The position numbers and the translations under genes are program-made. A stretch of DNA of 64,000 nt from Flectonema sp. DT1601 (Eukaryota). This document shows, piece by piece, positions 11,223-22,955 of this stretch (its first letter is position 1; each line of letters starts with the position of its first letter). The stretch spans positions 558,001 to 622,000 of the forward strand of contig OZ025794.1 in NCBI GenBank assembly GCA_964019425.1, written 5' to 3'. The notes beneath the pieces were generated by a model, which searched no databases, was not told where the DNA came from, and worked only from the letters and a program-made list of their open reading frames with translations.

Positions 11223-12095
11223 ATGGATAGTAATAGACGCAGTGAGTCATCCACAGAAGACAGGAAGGAGGTATTAAAAGTAGACCATCAGCTGTCTACA
11301 AGTAATAAAGAACAGGAGTCTACAGAGATCCTTGAGAAGACATCAACAGCAGATGATAAACCCCCTCAGGAACCAACACAGACAGGAACACAACTAGTCA
11401 GTCACGTATATTTACAACAAAATGGTTCTATTCGTTTATCATTACAACATGTTCATAACTCAAACAGTGTTATTGGAGTCTACGACAGTGAAGAGCGACA
11501 ACTACCTCACGTCGTAAGAGGTGGTTGTATTATTTTCAAAACAACATTATCGTCTGTGTTGACTACTGTCGAGTCTGCAATCCTTGAAGGAGAGGTACTT
11601 CTACGAGCATCTCTTGGTAGGAATATCCCTTATGTTCAATTGAAGAGGCGATGGACAGAATTATCCCGAAAAGAACAAGAGTCAATGAGCCAATCACTAA
11701 TTGAACAACAGACTTATTGTATTGTATTGAGAAATGGAGATAAAGTGAGTGTCTCTGTTGGTGGTGATCATCCTCCAACATGGTCGTTCCACAAGAAATC
11801 TATTTCACAAAATCCCACAGATATCAGTGACGATGATATTAATCAACTCCATGATGCTCTTCGTAGCGGTCTTTCGAATGTTAGTCGTCGTGTTGATGAT
11901 TTGATCATATCGAATATAAATAACACAACTCGTGGGACTGTTCCTGTTCCTCGTTGGCTTTGTAAAATAGGAACTCACTTATCAAATTGTAATAATACAA
12001 AAAGAAAACTTTCTCAACTAGTAAATGATGTAAATAATGAATTGAAAAAGAAATCAAAAGTGGAATCAACCAACACCACTACCACCACGAAGTAG
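11223..12095 (+). CDS. Hypothetical protein (290 aa)
   Basis: Long co-oriented ORF with coding-like composition. No recognisable motif. Confidence 0.65.
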   Translation: MDSNRRSESSTEDRKEVLKVDHQLSTSNKEQESTEILEKTSTADDKPPQEPTQTGTQLVSHVYLQQNGSIRLSLQHVHNSNSVIGVYDSEERQLPHVVRGGCIIFKTTLSSVLTTVESAILEGEVLLRASLGRNIPYVQLKRRWTELSRKEQESMSQSLIEQQTYCIVLRNGDKVSVSVGGDHPPTWSFHKKSISQNPTDISDDDINQLHDALRSGLSNVSRRVDDLIISNINNTTRGTVPVPRWLCKIGTHLSNCNNTKRKLSQLVNDVNNELKKKSKVESTNTTTTTK

Positions 12096-12358
12096 TTTTA
12101 CCATCGAAGTCAATATAAATGTTTATTTCCTATAAACTCCGCAGTAGCGGTACCATCTCTCATACGTTCTTACTCTGTTATTAGTTGTTGAACTCTTGTA
12201 TTACTGATTATGTTAATCCCCCCCCTTCAGAAATCCCCTTATTCAACAGAATGGGAGGTTTTATAAATACCTACTGTTGGTCTTTTTACATGACAACCTT
12301 ATGTTATGATACGATATTGTTAATATTAAATTACCCCCCCTCAGCTCCAGGTTCCACA

Positions 12359-15300
12359 ATGGAAGGAGCTTCAATGTTGTTGAAGGTTCTAGTAATCAGT
12401 TTATTAGATGTTGCTGGAGGTTGGTATGTCCCTGGAGTACTTCCAGAGTCTTACGCAAAGGGAGAGCCAGTTAGAATTCAAGCAAATTCTATGACCAGCA
12501 GTTCAGGTTTATTTCCTTATGGTGCATACAGTATCAAGACTTGTGCTCCTTCTGACGAACGTAGACGGCGTGAGAAGAAACAAGAAAACTTAGGAGAGTT
12601 GTTGTGGGGTGATCAAATTGAACCTAGTTTGTATCAAGCTGATATGTTGGTTAATGTACCATGTACTAAATTATGCTCACCGATGGTATTGAGTGAGTCA
12701 GACGCAAAACTTATTGAACGTCGTATTGAGAACAACTACAGAGGGAACCTTATCCTTGATAATCTCCCAATTGTTCAAGAAAGTCGTGTTAGTGAACATC
12801 ACGCTCCAACTCTTGCTGTTGGTTTTCCACTTGGAATGCCTAGTAGGCTTACTCAAGATAAAAAGACTAGACTTTATAACCATCTTGACATCGTAATCAC
12901 CTATCACAGACCTGCAACAGCTGCACCAAACGCAGAAGAATGGAGAATTGTTGGATTCTTTTGTACACCAAGATCTGTATGTTGTAGTTAAGTTTTTCAT
13001 TCTTGTCCTTAGCAACAAAATTAATTGAAAAAAAACAAACAAACAGATTAAACATACTGACCCTGCAGCTTGTGATGCTAATAGAGAATGGCAATCCCAC
13101 GATCACGATGTTCTTCAGTATGTTCTTTTTTGTTTTGTTTTATAGTTGTTTAGAAAGAAAATTAATCATTATCTTTAAATTCACAACAAAACAGCATCCG
13201 TGATGCCGGTGAAGTAATTTGGTCATATTCTGTGACGTGGAAAGAAGACGTAGACACTGAATGGTGTGTAAATTAATTATTATTATTATTATTTTTTTTT
13301 TTAATGCCGGGAAGAAACCACATGCTAGTATAGTTCTTTTACTTTTCTTTGTCTGCTGGAATTCTATCAGAGAAAACTGGTAGTCTTTAAAATTGTAAGC
13401 CAAGTACAAGTTGCCTCCTGACGGGCGTTCTGTTGGTAGTCCGAAAACGTTGTGCTCCAAAATAAAACAAGACTCTACTCCACCCGCGTCAGGCGCATCT
13501 CTTGACTTAGCCCTAGCATGCTACGTTGGAACATTGTCACCAGCCCGGTGGACCAAGTTGTAATTATTGCCCCTGGTTTACTCATCACTCTTCCTGTGTG
13601 ACGGCGGTTATTCCCAAATAACCTGTTGTATGCGTTACCTAAGTCTTTTACTTTTTTCTTCTTCGCACGCTGTCGGTTTCCACCTTTGATGCAGTCAATC
13701 TTGTTCCGCCTTGGTTGTTTTTGGAAGCGCTAAGCTAAGTGGCAAGGTTTCACTAACAGATCGACTTTTTGTCAGCATCTTAGGCTTCTTTTTGCCGAGG
13801 ACGTGCGGCTTTCTTTGTGGTCTCACAGTGACAATTTTAAAAGAAATTATCTATTCCGGTGGGTATAAAGGGGGGTGAGGGAGGAGGGTGAGTACACCCA
13901 CAGATCTCAGAGGTCGTCCTTAAGTCTCTTTCCCGACTCAGGCTGGTCCTCTCTGAGTCCGCGGAACTGTATGGCGATATCTTCTTCTTTGTCTTCTCGG
14001 TTGAGGACGGGCACGACCTCGTCCTCCTGTGTCTTGGCGTACCGTCTGGGTGATCCAAGGCTCTGGTGGCAGTCTCCTCTCCGGCAGTCCAGCATCTGCG
14101 GCAGGTGGTTATCTGGCACTTCGTGCATCTGCTCCTGAGCCATTTCCGTTGTAACTATCTACGGCAGAAGTCACATTTGACCCTTGGTCCCCTTTGCATC
14201 GGTGGTGCGTGGTCATAGGTCGGTTTGATATCTTCGGTGTCGTTTGTAGAGGCATCGGAGCCTCTTGCCCCAGTCAGGGGTGGGCTGCTCCTTGCTCTTC
14301 TGGTTTTCGGCGTCGGATCTGCAGTAGAGTTGTTAGGGCTGTCGAGAATTAGTGTTCTGGCAACAGGGGGTGTGTAGACCTCCGTGCTGTGTGTTTCTAA
14401 CTGCGATGATGGGCTGGACAGTTCACGTTCTCCTTTGGTGAGGATGCCTAATAGTTCTTCGGAGGTATCACGATCTTCCTCGGTGAGGGTGCTACTGGTT
14501 CTAAGGAGGCATCATGTTCTTCTTTGGTGAGGATGTCTACTGGTTCTTCGGAGGTATCACGGACTTCCTTGGTGAGGGTGTCTGCTAGTTCTCCGGAAGC
14601 ATGCCCTCCTTCCGTGAGGGTGTATACTGGTTCTTCGGAGGCATCGAGTCCTACTTTCTCTGGAGGGTCTGAAGTTGCCGCTACCATTGCATCTGGACCT
14701 GTTGCATGTCTTCGGTAGGCGAATCTGTCGGTTTAGTGACTGGCGCGGCGCTGGCCGTGTCTTCGTTCAACTCTTGACTTGCGCTCGGCGGTGGGTTGTC
14801 GGTTTCCTTTGACTCCACTTATTACTCTGGCTGACATTGGTTGTGTCTTCGCCGGTTTCAGCGGGTGGGGGGGCAGGCGATTCCAGCCAGGACTCGCGCG
14901 GCCCCTACTGGGTTTGGTGTGGCGGTTGGCGCTACGCTATCTTCCCCCATTGTGGTCGTTGGCGGTAACTTCTGGTGGGAGGCCATCTGATGAAATTGTA
15001 TCTTCCCGGGCTACCTCAGATACGGATGTCTTCGGCTTCTTCACTGGTACGGGCTCGTCTTGTGACTCTGAGCCAGGACCATTGCTTTTTGTTCTTCGGG
15101 CTGGCCGTTGACGTCGGGCTTCCATCAGAGTCGGCTGTGGTAAGCAGTGGATGGTCTTCCGTTTTTTGACAGAGGTGGATTCTCCCTGCGAATCAGAGTC
15201 TCGGCTTCTTGTTCTACTGGCTTCGTCGGCGTTTCATCTGGACCCGTTGCCGGTCTCAGGGTTAGGCATACTCCCAACTCCCTTTCCAGGTCCGAGGGTC

Positions 15301-15888
15301 GTCTCTGCACGTCCGTCAGTGAGTAATAATCTTGGGAGGACGTAGTAGGAAGCCAATCCGAGGTCTGCGGTGTCGAGTGTCGCATCCCAGCTAGCTGTCA
15401 ACTTGTGTAGAAGCGTGTCCAGCAGGCAGACAGCCGGAAGTCTGTCGGGCTGGCCGACGTTTCAGCAAAGGCTGTGGCTGGCGTTTTTTTTTGTATTTAA
15501 CAAGTATTGTAAGAACGAAAAAGAATGTTGGCAGCATACGTAAACCTCCTTTAGCTTTATCAATTAAAGTCGGTTCACAGTTTTGTGACACAAACGAAAC
15601 ATCACAGCGTTGTACTACTATTTTCTGTACAGTTTAAGATTAAGCCAATTCTTTTTAATATCGAGATAACTAAGTTAAACTTATATAAAAAACAAACAGG
15701 GCGACAAGATGGGACGCCATTCTGAGATCAAATGAATCGGACGCAAAGATTCATTGGTTTAGTATTGTAAACAGTTTACTGATTGTTTTATTCTTAACTG
15801 GAATGGTTGCTATCATATTATTGAGATCCCTTCATAAAGATTTCAATCGTTATGATGATGCTAATATGGAGGTTTGTTATTATTATTT

Positions 15889-15925
<37 letters not shown>

Positions 15926-16921
15926 ATATACCACTACAAAAAATCAATACAGGACACTCAAGAAGAAACTGGATGGAAACTCTGCCACGGTGATGTGTTT
16001 AGACCACCTAGAAACCCTTCCCTACTCGCAATTATTATCGGTACTGGATGCCAGTTACTTGGAATGTCTGTCGTTACTTTAGTATTTGCTTTATTAGGAT
16101 TTCTATCTCCAGCAAACAGAGGAGCTCTTCTGTATTGCATGTTGTTGTTGTTCGATCTTCTAGGAGGATACGCTGGATATATTACTGCTTATTTATTAAA
16201 AGGAATGTCAAGGCAGAGTTGGTTTGCGATTTTCGGAGTTGGACTCTCATTCCCTGGAATTGTATTTTCAATCTATTTTTGTATTAATCTGGTACAATGG
16301 TCGAAGAATGCAACAAGTGCCATTCCAGGAACGAGTTTATTTACGTTATTCGCTATGTGGTTTGGAATCTCTTTGCCGTTGGTTTTATTGGGTGGTGTTC
16401 TTGGATATAAAAAAGAACCTTGGACTCCGCCATGTCAAACTAACCCAGTACCAAGACACGTTCCTCCACAGAATTGGTATTTGAGAGGTCCGTTTATTAT
16501 TCCAGTGTCAGGAGTGCTTCCGTTCGGAGCAGTTTTTATTGAGTTGGCATTCATTTTATCAAGTTTGTGGCAAGGTAGAGTCTACTATGTATTTGGTTTC
16601 TTGTCACTTGTGTTTTTAATCGCAGTCGTAACATGTTGTGAAATCTCGATAGTATTAACGTACTTCCAATTATGTTACGAGGACTACAATTGGTGGTGGA
16701 AATCATTCTTCTGTTCTGGAATATCAGGAATTTATATTATGCTTTATGTCATATTTTATTACTTTAATACCCTCACGATTAGTCAAGCAAGCTCCACTGT
16801 ACTCTACTTTGGATATATGTCAATTGTGTCTATATTCTTTACCATTGCATCCGGAACATGTGGTTTCTTAGCGTCGTTTGCGTTCGTTAGAGTGATTTAT
16901 GCGAGAGTCAAGATTGATTGA
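12359..16921 (+). CDS. TM9SF: Transmembrane 9 superfamily (nonaspanin/EMP70) protein, 5 exons, ~630 aa
   Basis: Exons 12359(or 12374)..12976, 13047..13117, 13195..13263, 15700..15871, 15953..16921. Splicing restores PRS|IKH, YSVTW..EW|ATRWD, IHWFSIVNSL and DTQEETGWKLCHGDVFRPP. Also has ENLGELLWGD and C-terminal VKID. Confidence 0.95.
13303..15630 (-). mobile_element. Degenerate non-LTR retrotransposon-like fragment inside TM9SF intron 3 (intron 13264..15699)
   Basis: GC-richer block inside a 2436-nt intron (other introns are 63-89 nt). Minus-strand broken frames give a Cys cluster (KCDFCRR*LQRKWLRSRCTKCQITTCRRCW, ~14092-14178), then APE-like remnants (AIITTWSTGL, LGLSQEMRL, RPSGG, TILACGFFP; ~13304-13570). 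Boundaries approximate. Confidence 0.6.
14420..14645 (-). repeat. Degenerate ~42-45 bp tandem repeat (about 5 units) within the intronic insertion
   Basis: Recurrent ggtgagg(a/g)tg..tactggttcttcggagg. Minus-strand translation DASEEPVYTLTEGGH / ASGELADTLTKEVR / DTSEEPVDILTKEEH / DASLEPVA. Confidence 0.75.
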
Positions 16922-18165
16922 GAATTCTTTTTTATTTTGAATGAAGGTAGTCATTAATCATAAAGTGATGTGTGAGAAGTTTTTATAGGAGGTCTGCATG
17001 AGATGGAAGAAACCCTTAGTTAAAAGGGAGCACGTTTGCCTTTTTTTTTCCCTTCCGTTTTTTTTTTCCCCCCACAACTTTTTCTTTCAAAATGTAGCTT
17101 TGTTTGTCATTAGTTAACATTGTTCTGATGAAACCTGTTCATTACTTTTTTGACAACAAACAAAAATATGTTTTTGCAAAAAAAAAAAAAAAAAAAGAGG
17201 GGAAAAAGGAAAGAGAAAAGCGCAACCTCCGGGTACTGTCTTTGGATAAAACTACTAAATGTCCCCCTCCCTCTCTTTAAACCCGACAGTAAAAGTGTAG
17301 ACCAGTGAACCAAACAAAAGGCTTTTTTTCTTTTAGGTTGTTAAAATCAACGGACAGAGACACAGCTGATGAAGTAGTACTTGGGAGCAGGCAAACTTCA
17401 CTTAATTTGACAGTTAGATTTCAATTCGATCTTTCTGTTTTATTTCATCAACGGGAGTGATTGCTTATTATTGTTCATTACTCATTACCTTTGATAGGAT
17501 TTCCTTTTTTTTTTTTTTCTTTTTTTTTTTTTGATGTCGTTGTTGCCCTCTTACCCCCATCCCATTTTTTTTAAAAAAAATTTTTTTTTTCGCATCCCCA
17601 GACATCGGAATTGCAGAGTTTAGGGGTGTCTTAAAATGGCAGCCTCCTCCTTCAGAAAAAAAAGAATCTTGGCCAAAGAAGCTGTTGGGACTCATTGAGG
17701 TCGCTACTTATTTAGACGTTTTTTGCTGGAGAAGAAACTCTCGCGCATTACAATCTGGAGGAATCCTGAAAACCCACTTTTTGAAGAAAAAAAAAAAAAA
17801 AAAAAAAAAAAAAGAAACTGAAAAATAAAAGTAAAAGGAAGCTATTTTTTTTCAGCTCAGAAACACAAGTCTTTCACACACACAACAAGGAACAAAAATA
17901 AAAAAAAGATATAAAAAATAAAGGTTTAGAAACTCCTGTTGACTAACGAGTAGCGAGAGATTCACATCACGTGATAGATAGCGATACCAATTTCTACATT
18001 AACAGTTCTTATGATTATAGTGATTTCAATTTATTATGTACTTAAGCTACATTACTAATACAGATTTTAAAAACTGATTTTACAAGAAATTAAAGTCCAG
18101 TAGTAAGAGGACAATTCTTTCATCACATTAAAAGTTATATTATCTCTTTCAGTTCACAACATAGT

Positions 18166-19740
18166 ATGCCGACTCCGGCCACTAAAAGATATCAATATGA
18201 TTTGGGAGGATTGATATACGTGAGTAATAAATATATACACCCGAAAGACTTGGAGTACTTAGCAAGAGCTGGAAGTCCAGTACGAAAGAGCTGGGGATTG
18301 GTATCAGCAGGTGGAAAAGTAATTGTAAAAGAAGGAAATGGAACAGACTCGATTAGGTGTCAACATGAAAGAGTTGAGTTACAAACAAAATGGGGAACAA
18401 ACTGCTCGAGATGTCGACGAATGCTACCTGCGGGAACAAATGCTATAACGTGTATTGACAATATTGGTGACGGTTCGTCTGGGGCTTGCAGAAGTTGGTT
18501 TTGTCAAAAATGTGAAACGAGACCACCTCCAAGAGTAAATTTAAAACTGCAACTGCCATCACCACCTAAGAGAGTTAACACTTCACCTTCTCCAGCAAGG
18601 ACATCTCATCCAACTATTCATCCTCTATCAACACCCATAGTACCACAACAGCAATCCCCTTCTCCTGAATGTACTATTTCAGAACTTCTTCAACAGCCAA
18701 CTCTACATGATAAAATTCAACTAGAAGAGTGCTACCATGGAGAACGATCTCTTGAAGTAGCTACATCAACAGGACTGCTTGGTTGGAAACAAATAACTGA
18801 ACAAAACAATATCCAAGACGGAATAACACATCTTCGAACAGCAAAAGACATCCTCAGCGAACACCACAGAAACAGTACCAGCGAATCAATAAAAGGAAAT
18901 CTTGGAACCTGCAGATCACAACTGGGATGGGGACTCCTATGTGATGGCAGTGCTGAAGATGCTCAAAAGGAATTGGAACACGCGTTGACTTTATTAATAA
19001 ATGTCGATGGTGTTAAAAGTCATTCAGCAGCGGTATGTCGTTCACGATTAGCATGGTGTTTTGTTTCTCTTGGTAGACTTTCTGATGCTCAAGTACTTTG
19101 TCATGAGTCATTGGATACATTTCAATTTCTATGGGGAGATGCTCATCCCGATACCGCAACTTGTCGTTCACAGTATGGATGGATCTTATTCCAACTTGGT
19201 TATGTAAACGAAGCTGGTGCTGAACTTAAGAGATCACTAGACGCTTTACTAGTTAGTGTTGGAGATAATAATTTATCAACAATAACCTGTAGATATAGAC
19301 TTGGATGGGTTTTACACATTAGTAAGATGAACTCTTCCCTCGCAAAGGAGTTTTTAGAAGAATCGGCACGTGGGTTTTCATCACACTACGGAAAAGATCA
19401 TCCGATTACAGTTGCTGCTGTTGGTAATTTAAAAAGTGTTGATGATGATGTGCAGCAACAATCATCATTTCAGTCTCCGATTTCGAATTCTAACGTACCT
19501 CCGTCAGAACCTCTTCAGTCTTTAGATCAAAATGATATCACACCATTCCTCAATGCAAACAACTTATCTGATTGTTCAGCATTACTTCGTCAACGAGGTA
19601 TTACAACCCTCCAACAACTATCAAACGTAACAGCGAAGTCTCTTCCCCCTGAGATCCCATGGAGGAATCAAAAAGAGCTACTGAAGCTATCTAAAGACGG
19701 CTCTATTGATTCTTGGATAAGAAATTCTGAAGCAACGTAA
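18166..19740 (+). CDS. TPR-repeat protein with N-terminal Cys-rich zinc-finger-like segment and C-terminal SAM-like domain (524 aa)
   Basis: CSRCRR..C..CRSWFCQKC, a Pro-rich linker, kinesin-light-chain-like TPRs (GDAHPDTATCRSQYGW, GKDHPITVAA), then ITPFLNANNLSDCSALLRQRGITTLQQL. Confidence 0.8.
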   Translation: MPTPATKRYQYDLGGLIYVSNKYIHPKDLEYLARAGSPVRKSWGLVSAGGKVIVKEGNGTDSIRCQHERVELQTKWGTNCSRCRRMLPAGTNAITCIDNIGDGSSGACRSWFCQKCETRPPPRVNLKLQLPSPPKRVNTSPSPARTSHPTIHPLSTPIVPQQQSPSPECTISELLQQPTLHDKIQLEECYHGERSLEVATSTGLLGWKQITEQNNIQDGITHLRTAKDILSEHHRNSTSESIKGNLGTCRSQLGWGLLCDGSAEDAQKELEHALTLLINVDGVKSHSAAVCRSRLAWCFVSLGRLSDAQVLCHESLDTFQFLWGDAHPDTATCRSQYGWILFQLGYVNEAGAELKRSLDALLVSVGDNNLSTITCRYRLGWVLHISKMNSSLAKEFLEESARGFSSHYGKDHPITVAAVGNLKSVDDDVQQQSSFQSPISNSNVPPSEPLQSLDQNDITPFLNANNLSDCSALLRQRGITTLQQLSNVTAKSLPPEIPWRNQKELLKLSKDGSIDSWIRNSEAT

Positions 19741-19964
19741 TACGGGAGTGGAGAGTGGGGAGGGTTCCTTAATTGTATTTCTGTTTTAATATTATTAGAT
19801 TACTAGATTAATATTATGTCTTCTTCATGATTAAATACTTTATATTTATCCGTACTGCTATTCTACAGGACTGAAAATAGGAGGAACCCCAACATGAATG
19901 ATGTTGATATGTGTAGGCCAGTGAAAGATACTTACTTTTCATATTCTTACAGCTCCTCCACAAC

Positions 19965-21101
19965 ATGTCAAGAAAGCATGTCAGTGTCGCATCTATGCCG
20001 AGTTTGGGGGAGGCAGAATACCCGGGAGGTCATTATCAACAACAAAGTCACAACAGAAGTGGAACAAACGTTCACTCCGGAGTGTCAATGCCAAGTTTAT
20101 TAGTGGCTAGTAGTGAAAGAGAGAATAGTGTTGAGCTTGAAAGTTCTGGAACGAAAAAGGAAATTGACAAGAGAAGAAGGCAAACTGACACTGGAAAGAC
20201 TATTGTAACAACTCCATGGTACCCAGCTGGAACAGTCAAGGACGCAATTAAATTATGTGACGAGGTGAACGCTCTTTGTAAGCTACTCGAACTATCAGAA
20301 GAAGAAGTCGCAGCAAGACATCGATTTAGAAGCACTCTACACGAGACAGCCCGTGACATCTGGGCATCAGTTACAGTAAAGGTTTATGGTTCATTCGCAT
20401 ACGGTCTCTCACTCCCTGGATCTGCTCTTGATGTAGTAGTTGAAGGATGTACTGATTTAAATGATAATTTCAATACTTATGTCGACATGATTAACAATTT
20501 GGGTTTTAAAGTTGAAGCAAAATACTGTGCTCCCGAAGAAGCTTTCATAAAAATAAGAGCTGGAGACATAATCGCGAACTTATCACTAGTCCATAAGAAA
20601 TCACTAGCGAGAGCAAGCGTTGCCAGGATAAGAAGTCTAATCGAACAATTTCCGATGGCGGCTCCAGTTTTCGCTGCTGTTCGATTACTTCTACAGCAGT
20701 CGAGGTGTAATAATGCAGCTGATGGAGGAATATCATCTTATGCTATATTAATTATGATACTTCATACCTGTAGAGAGTTTAATCCACTAGATGCTGGTCA
20801 GCTTCTTGTTGCATTCTTCAGACAGCATCAGACTGATGCAAAAGAAGTCATATCAGCCATTGCTTTCGATGATATGGATCATCCAAAGAAAGACGGTAGT
20901 TTTTGGGTAGCTGATCCTCTCGATAAAGACAACAATGTCGCTACCGGATGCACCAGAATTGTCCAGGTAAGATCAGTATTCGGAACCTCCCATGTTGCTC
21001 TTGGTAAGTGGATGTCCTCTCGCTGGAACGGCTACCGCGGACGATCACCTCTTTCATCCATTTTAGCATACGGAGATTTATGGGACAGAGCAGAGGCATA
21101 A
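19965..21101 (+). CDS. Non-canonical poly(A) polymerase/TUTase-family (Trf4/Cid1-like) nucleotidyltransferase, catalytic Asp residues altered
   Basis: VKVYGSFAYGLSLPGSALDVVV (GS..DxD region), GGISSYAILIM and VADPLDKDNNVA. Confidence 0.85.
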   Translation: MSRKHVSVASMPSLGEAEYPGGHYQQQSHNRSGTNVHSGVSMPSLLVASSERENSVELESSGTKKEIDKRRRQTDTGKTIVTTPWYPAGTVKDAIKLCDEVNALCKLLELSEEEVAARHRFRSTLHETARDIWASVTVKVYGSFAYGLSLPGSALDVVVEGCTDLNDNFNTYVDMINNLGFKVEAKYCAPEEAFIKIRAGDIIANLSLVHKKSLARASVARIRSLIEQFPMAAPVFAAVRLLLQQSRCNNAADGGISSYAILIMILHTCREFNPLDAGQLLVAFFRQHQTDAKEVISAIAFDDMDHPKKDGSFWVADPLDKDNNVATGCTRIVQVRSVFGTSHVALGKWMSSRWNGYRGRSPLSSILAYGDLWDRAEA

Positions 21102-21112
21102 AAAAATGACAG

Positions 21113-21145
<33 letters not shown>

Positions 21146-22399
21146 TATATACAGATGACTAAGAGAGGATAAATCTCTTTTTTGTTATTGTGTTATTCCG
21201 TTTTTTTTTCTTTTTCTTTTTTGAATACACGTGTGTATCTGAATGCCTAACGATACGTGATACAATCCGACAAGCGATTAAAAGAAAATGTGCTTGAGTG
21301 GGTGCAGATCGCAAAAAGAAAAGAAAAAACGTTATCTATATTGAGAAGTCGAAATTTCTGTGTTGAATATTGATGTTCAAAAATAAAATAAAAATAAAGC
21401 AGTAAGGCATAGCTTCTCTACTCCAAATGGTTAAATTAGACTTAGGATTTGGGGATTCATTCCTGTTTTTTTCTGTGTTGTGTGCATCAGAAACATAGCT
21501 ATCCGTCTTGCAACAGAGTCGTAACAAGTACATCGTTTAGAGCATTAAACTCACAAGTCGGGCTCTATGCCAAATATTATTGATTATGCGCGAGTTCATA
21601 CAAAACCAAGCTTAATTTTTTTTCACACATGAGTGGAGGAAAAAAAAAAAAACAAGGTCAAACACCTGTTGGGGAACATTCTTATTGTTTTTAAACCGTG
21701 TTTGTGATGGTGAGAGAGCTTTTTATTTCTTTTTTTATGTTCGTTTTTTTTTTTTTTTTTTTTCCTTCCACTTTCGAAATGTCTCCGAAACGTTTTAAAA
21801 ATACGATAGTGAAACGCCTATGTGGTTGTGGTGATTCCCATGTGTTTGGGAGAAAAAAAGAAAAGAAAGAAGGAAAATAAATATCACAGTCAGTCCAACT
21901 CTGTGTTGTTCATGGCTATCCCTCCGTGTGATTTCACGTCCCTTATTTTCAGGTCTGTACCTATACCGGACTAGGCTCTTCTTTTTTCTTTTTTTATTGT
22001 TGTTATTTTAAATAGTCTTATTCTCATGTCTCATTGGTTTTTTTTTTTTTAAATTGTTTTTATTTTAAATTGTTTGTGTTCTTATCGCATGTGTTATTGC
22101 TTTTTTTAAAAACAATAAAAAACAAATAAATAAAAAGTGATCCCTTTTCTTGTTAAGTTCCGTGTTAGTTAGGTTGCTAACGTGGGAAAGCTGATTGTTG
22201 ACTACTCAAAGGGGACATGTAGTATAAGTAACAACGTATTTCACAATGTTAAATTAAATAGCAGAACAATGTGTTTTTATAATATTATAACATTTTTTTT
22301 TTTTTTTTTTATATTTCATGCACTATTTTGTAACAAACTCATCTAAATTGAGAACGGGGGGGAAAAAAATAAATACCCATTGGTTTAATGCGGGTGGGT

Positions 22400-22955
22400 T
22401 GTTACCGAGTGAGGAAAATGCAGCTGATTTTGCAGCTAAAGCTGTCGTTTTATTTTACGATAGGAGGCTTCAAAGGGAAAATTTACACCCCGGCGGTCAG
22501 GAGTCCATCCTGCTTCCTTGGCTGCTCCAGGGTAGCTCTGATTGGCTTGCCCAATGATGAGCCCCTGTGAGACCCTGGGTAAAAAAATGTTCCTACATCG
22601 ACTAGGGCTGCCGGTGGGAGTGTCCTGCGAACACCAGAGATACCTGATGTGTTTGGCTTGTAGCCAACGTTGAATTCAGCCAACTCTAGAAAACACGATT
22701 GGCAATGCAAGAAAGCCTTGCATGCTGTCTGTTGTTGCAGTCACTTCTATGAATGGTATTTGATCTTGTTCACATTATCTGGTCTTTCAAGCTAGGATTA
22801 GGGATGGCAGAGACTGCTTCGAATGTAAGTCAGTATGCCTCCTTCGGCCTCAGGCCACCAGGCCACCAACTGAGGCAGACTGTGATATGGATCAGTATGA
22901 GTGTTTCTTCCCCAAGTTTGTTTGTTCACGTCCCAAGTGAGAAATGGGTCCCTTC
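22400..22955 (-). mobile_element. Decayed 3' fragment of a REL-endonuclease-type non-LTR retrotransposon (tentative)
   Basis: GC-richer island in AT-rich intergenic DNA. Minus-strand frames, with frameshifts, give in order EETLILIHITVC, RH, RPDNV (22777-22785), IPFIEVTAT (~22735-22760) and GISGVRRTLP. Confidence 0.4.

Noticed and set aside
14420..14645. Regularly spaced repeats as a CRISPR array
   Set aside because: Degenerate coding-type tandem units with no unique spacers, no cas genes, and a eukaryotic context.
12185..16921. TM9SF, MCM2, IQ and SHIPPO ORF fragments as pseudogenes, frameshifts or stop-codon reassignment
   Set aside because: Every break is resolved in frame by a GT...ACAG intron under the standard genetic code.
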